From Phoronis australis (Eukaryota; Animalia; Phoronida), in the NCBI GenBank assembly GCA_002633005.1, contig NMRA01000029.1, positions 840,086 through 904,085 of the forward strand: a DNA stretch of 64,000 bases, given 5' to 3'. How positions within the stretch are numbered: the stretch's first letter is position 1; every line of letters starts with the position of its first letter. The notes under the pieces are model-generated. The model had not been told where the DNA came from. It was given only the letters and a program-made list of their open reading frames with translations, and ran no database searches. This document shows positions 13,701-26,753 of the stretch, one piece after another. The position numbers were made by a program, and so were the translations under genes.

Positions 13701-16700
13701 GTAAGCTTTCACAGTGAAAAACCTCTGAAAGGTTTCTTATACGAACACAGATTTTCATTCTGAGAGACAGACATTTTTCTGTTACTTGTAGAGTTGGCTG
13801 TTGTTTGTCAGCTCTCATTGAGATTGCACTGTGCATTCTGGGCTCTCAATTAGTGTAGCTAGCTATTATGTTGCCACACGCATGCATTTCAATGGCAAGT
13901 CTTGTTTTGATTTTGATTTTGCTTTAGTGAGAAGAAATAATTCAAGATCTCAAATAAGTTGGCTCGTCAATTCTAGCTAATCACTGTTGTACACTTTGTA
14001 TGGCATGATGAAAGTTTACGACATCATTTTTTGGCATATTAAATCTTCACAAACGTTGGTCTTAGTTGGAGAAGTTGCACATTTTGTGGCCTCGAAAAGC
14101 GAGTGGAGTCTCGATTTAAATACCAATTTTTGGCGCAAATGAGAGCTTTTATTCACAATTCTTTTTCTACCTTAAAGATTTCATAGATGTCGACAGGGTC
14201 CAATTTTCTAAGCAGGCTTTATGTGGTAGTTGATTGTCACTTCCCTTTCCAGTTGGATAGTCCAGAAGAGATAAAAAAGAGCCAGGAACAGCTAGCCAAG
14301 GCAGTGACTGACATGCAGGCAACTATACAGAGGATAAATGCACCTAATATGAAGGCTATGGAAAAGTAAGACCATTGTTACAATGTTGGGAAACTGTTTA
14401 ATATGCTTTGTGTTATTCTAAATCGGTCATGACAGAGATCTCTTCTGACCTAATTATTGGTCATGTGATGTGACCAACAGGTGGCGTGTGTGAAGATTAA
14501 TAATTCTTGCTTATGTTTATACTATTATGACGCAATGTGGAAATAGGAATAGAAATAAATGCACATCAAAAATGTTGAAGGTCTCTGTTATTTTTTCTTA
14601 TTCAGGTAACCACAGGAATATTTAGTACTTAAAACTTACAAAATTGTGTGTTTGAATTAATTTTTGTGTGCTGAAAATGGTTGTACTCATTGTATGCCAC
14701 CCACAGAGTTGAGAATGGTTGAGATTGACTAGATTCATAACTCAGTAAATAATTGTGAAAACATACTGTAATTTAATGCACTGTGTCAAAACTCGTCTAA
14801 TGATTATTATTATTTTTAATTTGGCATTTGAATTTTATTCGATTGGGTCCATGACATCCCTAAACATGAGAATCGTAGCAGGCAGTGTACACATACTTTT
14901 TAACATCTTAGTTGATATTTTCTTTGCCAAAATTGCGGAAAAACCCAAGACGTAATGTTAAAGTACATCTGTAGAAATTTTGCTGAAAAAATTTCCCTTT
15001 TGTTCAACTCGATACATTTTACAGTGACTTACAGTTTCCAGCTGTATAGTTTTATATCAACACACTGTGAAGCCTAATTCAAGAATTTGGGCATTTTATT
15101 GTGTTTCAATATCTTTTTATCTGATTTTCTTGGTTTTCAGATTAGACAACGTCCAAGAAAAATTAGTTGAAACATCTGAAGAGTTTGAACATGCCCGACG
15201 AAGAGCAAAAAAAGCCAAACAAGCATACGAAAAAGTGCGCAAGGAAAGATTTGATCGCTTCAACCATTGCTTTGAGCATGTGTCTGAACAGATTGATGAA
15301 ATATACAAGGTAAGGTTTCCACAAGAGACATAGTTATCCGAACATAACCACTCCCTTGAATAACTCTCTTATAGCTTTTTTCTTAGTTGTGTGGAGGGGT
15401 CGGTTGACAATATAACCCTGAGATCTAACACAATGTCTCAAAATTCATGGAAATAATTTGCTTTGCTGTATCTCATTTATGTAATTATTATAAACATCAT
15501 ATTGTACTAGTGGCTTTCTTACTTTCGTCAATAAGTTTTAGGGTTGGACTGAGACTCGTCATGTTTGGGATTTTGGGATACTTCTTCACTCACACAAAAT
15601 CTCGTTCAGCTCTGATCGTCCACAGATTTTCGACAAATTGTATCATGATTTTAAATGCTACGAGTAGCAGGAATACAAAAAATGTAAATTTAGGCAAATT
15701 CAGTATCTTTCAAGATTGCATTTGTTAGTTTTCAGATGACAAGCACTGCATTTCATAGTCCCAGTTTTATGTTAACTGGTATTGCCTATTCTAGTATCTA
15801 GACACGTTTCAAAAATATGCGCCCCCTGTATATGCCATTTGTGATACACATGGTGGGTGCATATCAATGCTCTGCTTTGCACTTGTACCTGTTAAATATT
15901 GTTGCTTAGTCTATTGCTCAAGTATTGATACAAAAAAAAAATGTAAATTTAGACTTCTGTAACTACTTAATTGGCACACTCTTGAGTTGTTACTATCCAA
16001 TTCATGATTCGGGACCCTGGGGTTGAAGACCAATAGAGGGCATTGCAATTTTTGTATGAATCTGCCATATTCAGTTCCTCAGTAGAAAGAACCAATCAGT
16101 TTCATGTAGTCTAAGCAATGTGCTCCAGAATCAAAAATATATGTATGTTGGCATCACCAAATCTTATCAGTCTGTTTGACACACCTATTCTCTCTTACAG
16201 AGCCTCGCCAAGAACCAGAGCGCCCAAGCCTTCCTTGGACCTGAGAACCCTGAGGAGCCCTACCTGGATGGTATCAACTATAACTGTGTAGCTCCGGGCA
16301 AGAGATTCAGACCTATGGATAACTTATCTGGTGGTGAGAAGACCGTGGCGGCTCTAGCACTGCTGTTTGCCATCCACAGGTAAGGGTCGTCAGTCATGTG
16401 ATTACGCCAGGGATGGTTTGTGGGTGGAGTTTTGTCTCCAGAAATTTGTTTCATTTGGGATTATACCTCCATTTGATGACCAAGAGAATTTTAACACTTT
16501 GTTAAAACTGTAGTAATAACATTTTCTGTCAAAAAGGACCAGTTTGTTGAAGTTCTAACATTCATACTGTTCAAGGGTATTATATCAAGCTGATACCTAA
16601 CTATCCACCAACATGTTGTCTACTTTCTTTGGTCACTGTGATAACATTTAAGTCTATACCGAGCGCTACATCAGCGGGTCACAAATGACCCAATTTCAAA

Positions 16701-17403
16701 ATAAGGTAAATCTTGTGAGAAAATTGTCTTTACATGGTATCTTACGCTCTTCAGCTTCCAGCCTGCACCCTTCTTTGTTCTTGATGAGATTGATGCTGCA
16801 CTCGACAACACAAACATTGGAAAGGTGGCGTCGTACATAAAAGATGAATCCGAAGGTCACTTCCAGTGCATTGTTATCTCCCTGAAAGAAGAGTTCTACA
16901 ACAAAGCAGATTCCCTGATTGGTATTTACCCCGAGGTATGTTTCACACCTTATGTTTGCCTGGAACCAGGCAGCCATACTTACTACGTTGTATATATTCT
17001 GATTCTCAGCCACGGTGAACGTTGATTCGCTAATCTCAGTTTAGGTTTGGTAAAATTCATGTTTTTATTATACACGATTGCCTAAGCTCTGTCAACTTCA
17101 GTTGATTTGTGACAAGAAATATTTTATATTTTGCGCCCACAGATGTTTTTATGCTCCCAGAACTTGGTAAATCCTTGTTCAAATTGTGTAAAATTCTTTC
17201 TTTGCATGACTCATTAGTACCAACACACAAAACATATCGACTGTCAACTTTAGTGTCAGCAGCATTAGCTTGTCATGTCCTCATGTGCTTCACCTTGTCT
17301 ATTACAGCAAGGAGACTGCATCATCAGTAAAGTGCTGTCACTTGACCTTACTCAATATGCAGAGGAGAAACCCCCTCTCAGTCCTTCAAAGGCTGGTCGC
17401 TAA
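1750..17403 (+). CDS. SMC1A: Structural maintenance of chromosomes protein 1A (cohesin subunit), 5'-partial, 20 exons
   Basis: GT-AG exons in consistent phase: 1750-1962, 2451-2585, 3280-3396, 3997-4211, 4828-5041, 6537-6748, 7739-7901, 8118-8176, 8984-9179, 9552-9620, 10029-10162, 10804-11011, 11670-11888, 12461-12575, 13603-13700, 14253-14365, 15141-15309, 16201-16379, 16755-16935, 17308-17403 (TAA). The translation carries SMC1 motifs: [10 protein letters not shown]; hinge [25 protein letters not shown]...ETFLPLDY and [32 protein letters not shown]; ABC signature [18 protein letters not shown]; Walker B/D-loop [16 protein letters not shown]. The N-terminal Walker A head lies upstream of the window. 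Confidence 0.96.
2071..2202. repeat. Degenerate minisatellite, ~32-bp unit, ~4 copies
   Basis: Recurrent ctccat(c/a)t(a/t)gtgttt?ggg..catgg(g/a)act(a/g)gt unit in the SMC1A intron. Confidence 0.6.
3374..3592 (+). repeat. Tandem duplication (~52-bp unit, ~4 copies) of an SMC1A exon end plus splice donor
   Basis: catgatcttggaggaggaacag|gtaggt...gtgttgggtgt is repeated with decay at ~3429, ~3482 and ~3530. Confidence 0.8.
5254..5403. repeat. Minisatellite, perfect 30-bp unit x5
   Basis: agtacaataccaactgtgggttccagatgt occurs five times. Confidence 0.95.
6042..6531. repeat. Minisatellite, ~30-bp unit (60-bp higher-order dimer), ~16 copies, abutting an SMC1A acceptor
   Basis: Alternating taagactgggtaac(c/t)ttgt(tctg/ctta)ttatgg(g/a)aaatt(g/a) units; the last unit runs into tcacag at 6531-6536. 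Confidence 0.9.
9223..9309 (+). repeat. Near-identical copy of an SMC1A exon 3' end and donor within the intron
   Basis: 9236-9278 is identical to 9113-9155 (atcaggtcacagatcaagggtctggagactaggttgaagtact); both copies end in gctacg|gtaggtat. Offset is 123 nt. Confidence 0.92.
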
Positions 17404-18241
17404 GTTAGAAACACCCTTTGACTGTGACCTTCAAACGCTTGCATCGGACAACTATTAACGCTTGCGCTGTAGCAGAAGAGATGGCTTCGTATTGTCTTCT
17501 CAAGGCTTGCCTCTAAACCTGATTGTTGGCAGATGTGTGAAGTGAAAGATTGCATAAAGTCCTACTGAGGCGACTTACGGAACCCAAGTCTGAAATAGTG
17601 CCTGTGCAATCTACCTTACACTTAAGCTCCGTTATCGTGAATGCTCCTGGGACTTTTATAAGACGTTTGCTGCAACCTAAGTTCTCTGTAAGCGAGACTG
17701 GTTGTATTCAGTACAATTGGTAGCATGGTGTCACTGCATCTCGGCTTATTAAATGTGCGCCTTGTTATGCTAGTCTCTTCAGTTTATAGTGCTTGTTCAA
17801 AGTTCATCAAGAATTTGTCAATTTTTTATAGTTGTGTATGTTGTGTATTGTATCCAGGGTAGCAGTCATTTACAGGAGTCCTGCGTTTTGACAACCAGTT
17901 TCCTTCACTGGGTCACAGGCTTCAAACTGGTTCTCAAAATCCAGGAAGTGTACTAGCAACGGTTTTGGTATTGGAAATATTTAAGGTAGATAGACAGCCC
18001 AGTATCCTTTTACAATGTAGTTCACAGTTGTCTATTGTGTTCATCAAATGAATTCTTGGAGTAGCCAAAGTCATCCACTGTTAATGTCTCTGTCTGCCGT
18101 CATATACCTCACTGATCAATGTTACATGCTGTAAAAAGCTGTGCTCGTTCATTAATTGTGGAATGAATATTTTATAAATGTTCAAGATGTTAGTTCATTC
18201 CTTCTTGTAGTTTTGAAATTGATGTAGTTTCAAAAGGTGAC

Positions 18242-18247
18242 AATAAA
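18242..18247 (+). promoter_or_regulatory. Probable polyadenylation signal of SMC1A
   Basis: AATAAA ~840 nt after the stop codon, followed by T-rich sequence. Confidence 0.45.
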
Positions 18248-21200
18248 GTTGCTCCTTTCCAATTCTGCTTTTGTGAAAACAAAGAGATTAATGATAAAGC
18301 AATTATTATCTATAGGTATTCACTTTTGGAGGCCCCAAATCATGAGAATCCAATAAGAGAGTGGCCACAAGTGCTTGTCTTATTTGACAGAAACAGATGC
18401 CATGAAATATTTGATTTGGCAACTAGTGTCTCGCCAAATTCGACCTCAGATTTCTGGTGGTGACTTCACGGTTGGTTGCCTTCTCCAAAAGTGATCAAAT
18501 AGCAACATTTATGAGGCCTAGTACAGAATCCAGTCAGAATCGGAAAATGTGTTGCTATTGGTCAATCATAGCTTCAGTTATTGGTCATGAGGTCAAAAAA
18601 ACTGAATGATGCACCCTTATTTGGAATTTGGTTATGATCTTTGTTCACTATTGATCAAAAGCAGGTTTCATTTGAGGTGAATTTTAATCCAAAGCCTATC
18701 TGGTGTTGATTTCGCCAAAAATTGATAAGGTTACGTGGCTACGTATTCTGGTAATTCGATAGAGATGTGGGACGTCTTTGAAATGATCTCCGAGATGTTC
18801 TGTGTTCGGTGCAATTTTAGTCCATGCTCCAGCAAAGATACTATATCCCAATAGGTAACTATAAAATCTTTGGCTCTAGTCCACAGGAGGCGCTTCCTTT
18901 TATTCCGACAAGGAGGGCGCGTCTCACACGGCAACAACAAACCGATTATGATTGCAAACGCCCCAACAACTTTCATCTTTTGCCTGTCCTCGGCTAGGTT
19001 GAAAATCTGTTCTGCCTTTTCAGTGATGCCCTATGAACTATTGCCTAACACGACCTAACAGTGTGTAGCTTCCTGGCAAAAATTTGAAAGTTTGCTAGTG
19101 TATATTATTTGTCCTAACTCCTCAAAACATAAACAAACTCTGATTTTGGATGTGTTTGCTAATCGAGTTTGACCGTATAGACCAGGATTAGGTGTCAGTT
19201 CTTTGTCAGTTCCTTTTCAAATAATGTAGATTCAGTATCGACTAAGACATGTCCTTGGCCAACACCATGTCCGCCATCGATATCTCAGAGTTAGGTCTTA
19301 AAACACTCGGGCTGCCATACTCTAGGGAATTAAGTAAAAATGGTGGCTTTAGAAAAGAGGTTTGAATTGTTAATTGTTTTAATATAGTGTAAGCTCTGAT
19401 CCGATGGGTTGGAAGGGCTAAATTCAGTGCAGTATGATCGTAGATAACCTGAATAAATCTGAATTCTCTGTAAAATGACGTGATCCTTACACAATCTAGC
19501 TCGGACGCTCAGTCGAAGTTTCTGATCTTAACATTACATTAGCCTTATCGCCGTCCGAATAGTTTATCACGGCCTGCAAGGGCAAACCGTTGCTGTGTCG
19601 AGGATTGTGCACGGGAAAGACAACAAGTTTATCTAGCTCTGCGGGAGTTTTACTTTATCTTGGTCGCGTTACGTAAACCTAAGGCAATAGCGAGTAAAGC
19701 TAATAGAGTTTGAACACACGATTCAACACTAATGAATGGTCATATCTCGCGGAGACTTTCTTTTCTCACACGAAACTTGCTCCACTGAGCACAGCCTAGG
19801 TCATTTACTGTGTCGATACCCTTTACGTACTTATTTCATGGGAGCGCACGCGTGATGCAGGGACTTTAAAATAGTACAACCCAGAATTCAATAAACAGTC
19901 GTTTTCAGCAAGGTCTATTTACCTCTACATTTAAATGATTTAATTCTTGTAGAAAAATGTGTCGCTTGAAACAGCGAAAACAATTAACGTAATTTCGGAC
20001 ATGTGACGTAGGAAAAGAACAAAGAAATTCATAATCCCTGTGGTAACGAATTATCAGAAAAACGTCATTTTAAATGGAATTGTTGAAATATGTATCATAA
20101 CGTTGAAAGAAGTGATATTTTTCGTATATGCCATTAATGAGAGAAAAACACCCTCCCACTCATTCATTTGTGGTGGTTCTGAACATCGTATTAAAATTTC
20201 TAAATCACCGCTATCATATTTACACAAGGTGGGCCAAAAATGTTACCTATTTTGATAGTAGACTAGTTTTTATATTTGATTACTTAAGTTTTTCAAAAAC
20301 ATGCAACAGAATCATGAAAATTTTTGTGTGATACTGATAGTCCATTTTCTTAAATAATTTCAAATTAAAAATTTTCACCATTTCTGAGCAAAATTGAACA
20401 ATTAAAGAATGTTCGAGGTCTGAAGTGTTATGTTACAGAAATTAATGAATAACGCAGAATAGAACTCAATGACACTACATTACCAGCTGAACGCTTTTAC
20501 GCTGAGCCGAGTTCCACGTGAAGATCTGAATAAAGACTACGACACAACCCCAGCATCTTGGGACTTTTGCCTTCTACGATTAGGTTCATAGCTTTTTGTT
20601 GTTCTTTTGCGTTCACGTTCTCAACGCTCAGAACGACCTGTCTGTAGCTACCTGTTGTTTATCGGACTGCTGTGTGCTTACTGTGTTCATACATTTACAA
20701 CGCGCCTGAGCAGGGTTCATGTAACATGCGTGCCCACAGAAATGAGCCCCTCTCATCTTTCGTAATTTGAGCTGACCACAGTGTACTGTGGACAGGTGGT
20801 TATATTTAATTAACCGATGTTCATTAAGAACGTACGCTGTAAGAGGTATGCTGTAATTAAGCTTTAAATTATCAATCTGAATTTGAACTCATACTTCGTA
20901 GTTCGTCAGTCATATTCGGGCATTCACGTTCCCAACCTTCAGGGCGACTCGTATCATAGGTATTTCCACTCTAAGGTTATATGAGACCTTATCGACAATT
21001 TGTGTTTTGCCAAATGTTTACAGAACTGTAGATTTTTAACACAATAAAAGTATATATTTTCTGAAAGCAGCAACCTGTAGTATTTGACTTTTTGACTTAT
21101 CAAACTGTCACGTGACCAGGATGTTTTTGCAAAATTTACCAAAAAGAAAAGTATATTGATAGCAAAACAACGATATCGATCACACAACCAAATTTCGTTT

Positions 21201-22598
21201 GATATAAATGTCAGAAATCTTTAAAATAATCTTATTATCCGCTCGTTTTCTTTTCATGTGATTTTTACGTGTTTTCACGCAGACCATAAAAGTTGTTTTC
21301 TTTGGTAGCCACTCATGCAAAAGTGGAACATTTTGAAAACAATTCCGGAAAGCGTTTTAGAAGTATGTGACAGTTTCACATGAGTCTAATCGGCTATTTC
21401 TGATATATGATGTTCCAAACTTGGTGCTAATTTTGTACATTTTAAGGCCCTATGTAAAATTAAGGAAACAAATGTGAAAGTGTATTATGTAACGGTTGGA
21501 GCTAAAATGATGCTGAATTTATTGCAGGTGCTACTACTAGAAATATGATTTCGAAAATTACCAGAAGTATACATAACTAGTTAAGCTAAGAGCGTTTTAC
21601 TTTTGTATGATTTATAAGAGAGAAAATGTATAAATAATTTTCTTTTTGTTATCTACTGTTCACTCCTTTTTGAACCACTCTAAATATTTCAATAACTGCT
21701 CGCTATTGAAAGGCTCTCGACAGAATATTGACTTGTTATTTCATATTTTCAAAGTTATGAAACACGTCCAAAATTCTGTCGTGACTGTTTGCACAAATTA
21801 TGTAAAAGATAAGATTTTGGTGTCTTAACTCTTCCTATAATCAAACTTCAAATAATCTGAACAAACAATGTGAACAGTTATGTAATTCAATATTTAAGAT
21901 TATATCTGTTTCATAACGAAGTTCGGTTCATTTGTGTCTTAAAAGGTGGGCGACAACCAAGTTATGTAATTCAAAGACAAGAAGTTTAACTGCAAATAAA
22001 CCAACACTAAACTCTTCGATCACCCTACTTTAAGTGGACTCGACCGATTAAAATTGTCAATAAAAACGAGAGATGTTAGAGAGACGAAGACAGTCTTTAG
22101 AAGAAGAACTTTGAAAGGAGCTCATAAGTCGAAATCTCGGTAAGTTTTTCTGAGATATTTGTTGTTACAGCATGTTTTGGCACGACGCATAATACGCACG
22201 CCATAGTTTGAAAAAGTTGTTTCGGGGAAAAGAGCCTTTAAGAACAATCCTTTGCACTTTGTATACGGGTATTGCCTTTGTTCGCGTTTGACTTACATAT
22301 TTTAAAAGAGTAATTATCACGTAGTTACACATTCCCGTGGAAAATCGTTTTATTCCTTTTACCATTTAATGTTGTTCTTGATAATGTACAGAGTTGAAGG
22401 CTCGGAAGTAATTTTCCGATGCTGAACTTTCATAGCGTGACTTAAAAATAAGTTGAGTTTGATACAAGTTATTTTCGCACCGTGTGGGAAATGTCCGGCA
22501 AACCATTGTAAACACACTTCTAGTTTGTTATTTCTTTGAAATCCGCGTTCATTCCGTGAATATACATTGAAGAAGTCCTTATATTTTTCAGATACACC

Positions 22599-24916
22599 AT
22601 GCTGAAATTCGCCGTTATCTGTCTCGCGGTCGCGTGCGTTCACTCCGCAGTTGTAGCCAAACCTTGGAAGAAACCTGCCTTTTGCAAACAGCTGGAATGT
22701 CCAGAATACACCGTTCTGAACAAAACAAAGGTAAGATTTCAAAGATCAAAAAAACTTTTGAATTCTCGTTTTAAAAGAAAGAAACGTCTTTATTAAAGGA
22801 GCGCTAAAGTTATTTTTTGCCTAACACTTCGGTCTTTAATAAGCAAACGATGCTCTGTCGTTCTCGTCAATTAAGAGAATTTTGTCGCACCATTCAGTAC
22901 TCTTTTCGAGGATTTTGTGAGTAAATAAACGCCGTTTAATGGTTTGCCGTTACCAGTTTAATAATCGAAAGAAATTCCACACAATGTGAACGACAATTGA
23001 AATTCTATTTTGTCAAATTTCTCTACAGAAATAAAAATTAAGTCTATTTTTGGCACGGTTCGTAAGGTGTAGATATCATAAAGTAACTTTTGGTAAATTT
23101 TCAATTTGGTACAGTAAAATATTTAGTCTTTTAAAAGTGGGAAAAACTAGAATTACTTTTGTACGAAATAAGTGAAGAATTACCGTAAAATGGTTTCTTT
23201 TTGCTCATGCTGGTTCTTGGTTTTCGTACCTACAAACCAATAAATTGAGATGACCTCTTCGACCATTTTGTGGGTGTCTGTCAACATTGGGAGGAACCTC
23301 TGAGAGACATATAGTTTCACATAAAGATTAAGTCAATGCATCAGTCATGCAGTAGACTTTTCATAGTTTCGTTTTTCTGTCACCAGGACTATGAAATTCG
23401 TCGCTACGCTCCTTCTATGTGGGTCTCTACAAACACATCCGGCACAGACTACATCATGGCTAACAGGATGTTGTTCAGGCGTCTGTTTGAATACATTGAT
23501 GGGATGAACATGAAAGGTGGGTGTCGATATTAACCACTGTTGCTCATGCGTCCATGGGAAATTTACAGGCAATTGCTGATGCAGAAGGTGCAAAAGAACA
23601 CCAAAGGTTGGAAGTCTGGTCGCAGCTAGGGCGTCGTATAGGCCTATCTTAAATTTTCACTGCCTGGGAAACTACTCATAAACGTGGTTTATGAAGGGAG
23701 TGAGATTTAACTTGAATGTTAACTACCATCGCGTTGACATCGGTAGCAATCTTCCGCTCTTATAAAAATCTAGATACAATTGAATTTGAGACCTTTGTTA
23801 AAACGGGCGCCAGAACCCCACGCCACACCGATGCATCGGAAACAAACTTAATCGATGTGAATTGAGTCTTCTCTGGGAATGTAAATTGGTCAATGAAAGG
23901 CTTTTGAACATCCGTGCAATTAACGGAGAATCTGTTTTCAAATGCTGTGAAAGCTTTTCAACATTACGTCTGTGACTCCGTAGGCCTATAAAGCTACCGT
24001 GGTCCTCACGCATGCGCTACGATTATCTGCATCTGTTTAACTCGTTTTCAGGCATGAAGATCCCCATGACTACGCCTGTCTTTAAGGTTGTCGTCCCCGG
24101 CACCGGACCGACTTGTGCCTCTTCCTTTGTTCAGCACTTCTACTTGCCGAACTACCTCGGCATGAATGCACCTATGCCACGTGACCCCAAAGTTTACATC
24201 TCCTCCTTCCCCGAAACTACGATGTATGTCCGGTAGGTGCAGCGGTTTTGTTTGTCTGTAATTTTGTTTTCTGCCAGTGCATGCAAAAGAAACATCTTTC
24301 CAAGCTAAAATCGCGGAGAATTCAGTCTAAATTGTTCATAGTATTTTAAAACATCACAAAGGCATCTCTCTTCAGCCCGAAGAGAGAACTATTATTTATT
24401 AGTAAGTTTACCAAATAAACATCAGGAACCACATGGAAACCAATGATGTTGCTCTACTATTGACAGTTCTGCGAAAACCATTAGAGCGCATGCGCCAAAT
24501 ACTGACATTTGTTCATGGTTTTTTACACCTGTCCATTGAGCCAAGACGTCTTTCAGCCAATGAAAACACATGTAAATTGAAATTGGTTAGGCGCGGATTC
24601 TGCGGATATACGTAGCCACTCATATAAAGGAAAAATTTAAAGTGTCCCTATGTTTGTTGGACCCCTCTGTGCGTAGCTACACACAAGGGTCTCCTTTGGG
24701 CCTTATTTGTGCATTACTTAACTAGCTCTTCTATTTTCTAGCTCATTTAGCGGCTTCGCCAGAACTGAGCAGGTGTGGGTAGACGAAATCGCCGCTCTGT
24801 CCAACTCGATTGGTGACGACACTCTGTATAAAATGTCCCCGTGGTACTCTGCCGGATATGACGGCCCTTACACATTCTCAAACCGTCGCAATGAAGTCAT
24901 GTTAGAAAAATTATAA
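22599..24916 (+). CDS. HEBP2: SOUL family heme-binding protein 2-like, with predicted signal peptide (~205 aa, 4 coding exons)
   Basis: Exons 22599-22730, 23387-23516, 24052-24232 and 24742-24916 (TAA) join in phase. SOUL motifs: FCKQLECPEYTV, DYEIRRY, FRRLFEYIDGMN..GMKIPMTTPV, PMPRDPKVYI, MYVRSFSGF, YSAGYDGPYTFSNRRNEVML. Hydrophobic N-terminus MLKFAVICLAVACVHSA. Probable 5'UTR exon donor at 22140 and AATAAA at 25033. Family assignment is firm; exact orthology to HEBP2 is not. Confidence 0.9.
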
Positions 24917-26393
24917 ACTGTTGTGCATTGTATTTAATTTTGTCCGAGTATTTTTATACTTTTGTTTTTCCGAATTTTGGTTGTAGGCTACACTGTATTA
25001 AGAATTAATTTGTGATGTGCTTTCTGCTTTACAATAAATAAACAATTAAGTTATACGCGTCCTTTACATATCCTGTGCGTGGATTGCTCGTTTGCTTGAA
25101 TGTGAGAAACGACGAGATTGTTAAGAGACACTTGCATTTCCTGTTTTAATAACAAAATTAATATCCTAGATAAATAGCAAAGAACACGCTTTTCCTAGAG
25201 TGTCATGTACTCAGCTCATGGTATCACAAATTGACGTACGACTGGCAACTGTTGCCTACAAAGTACAAAATGCTTCACATTCTCATAAAACACGAATTGT
25301 GGAGCAGCACTGATATTAGATATATTTCCAAGATCATCACAACGAAACGACTGCCCTCACCCGCTAAAATGTTCTTCGCAGCCACTTTCATGGACGTAGC
25401 AAACCTGATTTTCTAACTGGAAAAACGTACACGATGAAGATTACACATCTGACGAGACCTGATGAGTAAAAGTTGATGCTCATTTTTCGTGATTCTATGA
25501 TTTAAAATAAACAATGAAAACAAAATGGCATCACAATACAATACAATACAGTATAGCGTATTATTTGCAAGATCTCGGAAAATGTGAACAGTAAAATCTG
25601 ACTTCAAAGAGTGAGTTATACTGACATAAACAATGAAAACAGTACTGTAAATGTCAGCACTCACAGAATAAACTGGCACAACAATTCAGTCCAAATTCAA
25701 AATGTCACAAAACATCAAAATACAAAAATACTCGTACTTCAATTCGCAAATAAGATAGCGAGTAATGATACGCCGTAATAATTACGTAACATGTAACGAC
25801 TTGTTTTCTCATATGCTGGAATGTGTTAGGGCACAACTGGTTAACAACACCGTACATTTTATCGTCTGCAAAACACTAAAACAGTCAAACGCGCGCCAGA
25901 ATTCCGAGAAGGTGACAAGGTTATTAAAAACAAATCGGGTGTCGATACTGTACGTACTCCCAGTAGGAAGGACATGCAAACAACTTCTTAAACGAACCCA
26001 TATTCGGCGGCGAATTCCATATCCACGTTCATTCAAACAGAGCCGAGTCCCAACTCAAGAAACGTGGCGAGACTGTCTAGCTGTGCTGTCTCAAGGTCAA
26101 TTTATTGCTCACGCGCGGGGAAGCCTTGCTGGCTGTTATTTATAAACGTTTTTAAGTTTTAATATTACAAATTCAAAGACTATTTATTAGATTCTAACTT
26201 GAATGTTTGCTACGAAAGCTGAATGCAATTTACAATTGTTAAGCTTAAAATAAAATTATTAACAAAAAGTAACTGAATTACTTTACATTGCGCAAGCGTG
26301 TTTTTACAAAAGTTGCGTCATGTGCTTGGAAGTTTTCGACACGTCGAGTTTTTCTTCAAAAAAGTTCGTTTGTACAGTTCATGTGAGAAAACA

Positions 26394-26536
26394 AATCCTA
26401 CACTCGTCTCGGATTTATGACATGGGCAAAACCTTTTGGGGAATTTTTGTCAAAAACCCTCGGCAAGCCTCGGGATTTTGACGAAATTTCCAAGAGGTTT
26501 AGTCCATGTCACAAACCTGACACTCGTAAAGGATTC
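26394..26536. mobile_element. Palindromic (foldback) MITE-like element
   Basis: Arm atgacatgggcaaaaccttttggggaatttttgtcaaaaaccc pairs imperfectly with gggattttgacgaaatttccaagaggtttagtccatgtcac around a ctcggcaagcctcg centre. Confidence 0.7.
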
Positions 26537-26753
26537 TCTAGACATTTTAGGAGAGGCCTAACAACGTAAAATGTAACAATGACGTAAAATGTAACAGTTG
26601 TAATATTTTTCGAAATTGTTATATTTTACGGCGTATCAGAGCCCAGAAATATATAAATACTGTGTTTTGCAATTCTGCACTGCCTTACCAATAGGATAAT
26701 ACTTAAACTTAACAAAACAAAATACACTTCAAAACTTCCTTTTAAAGCACCCA

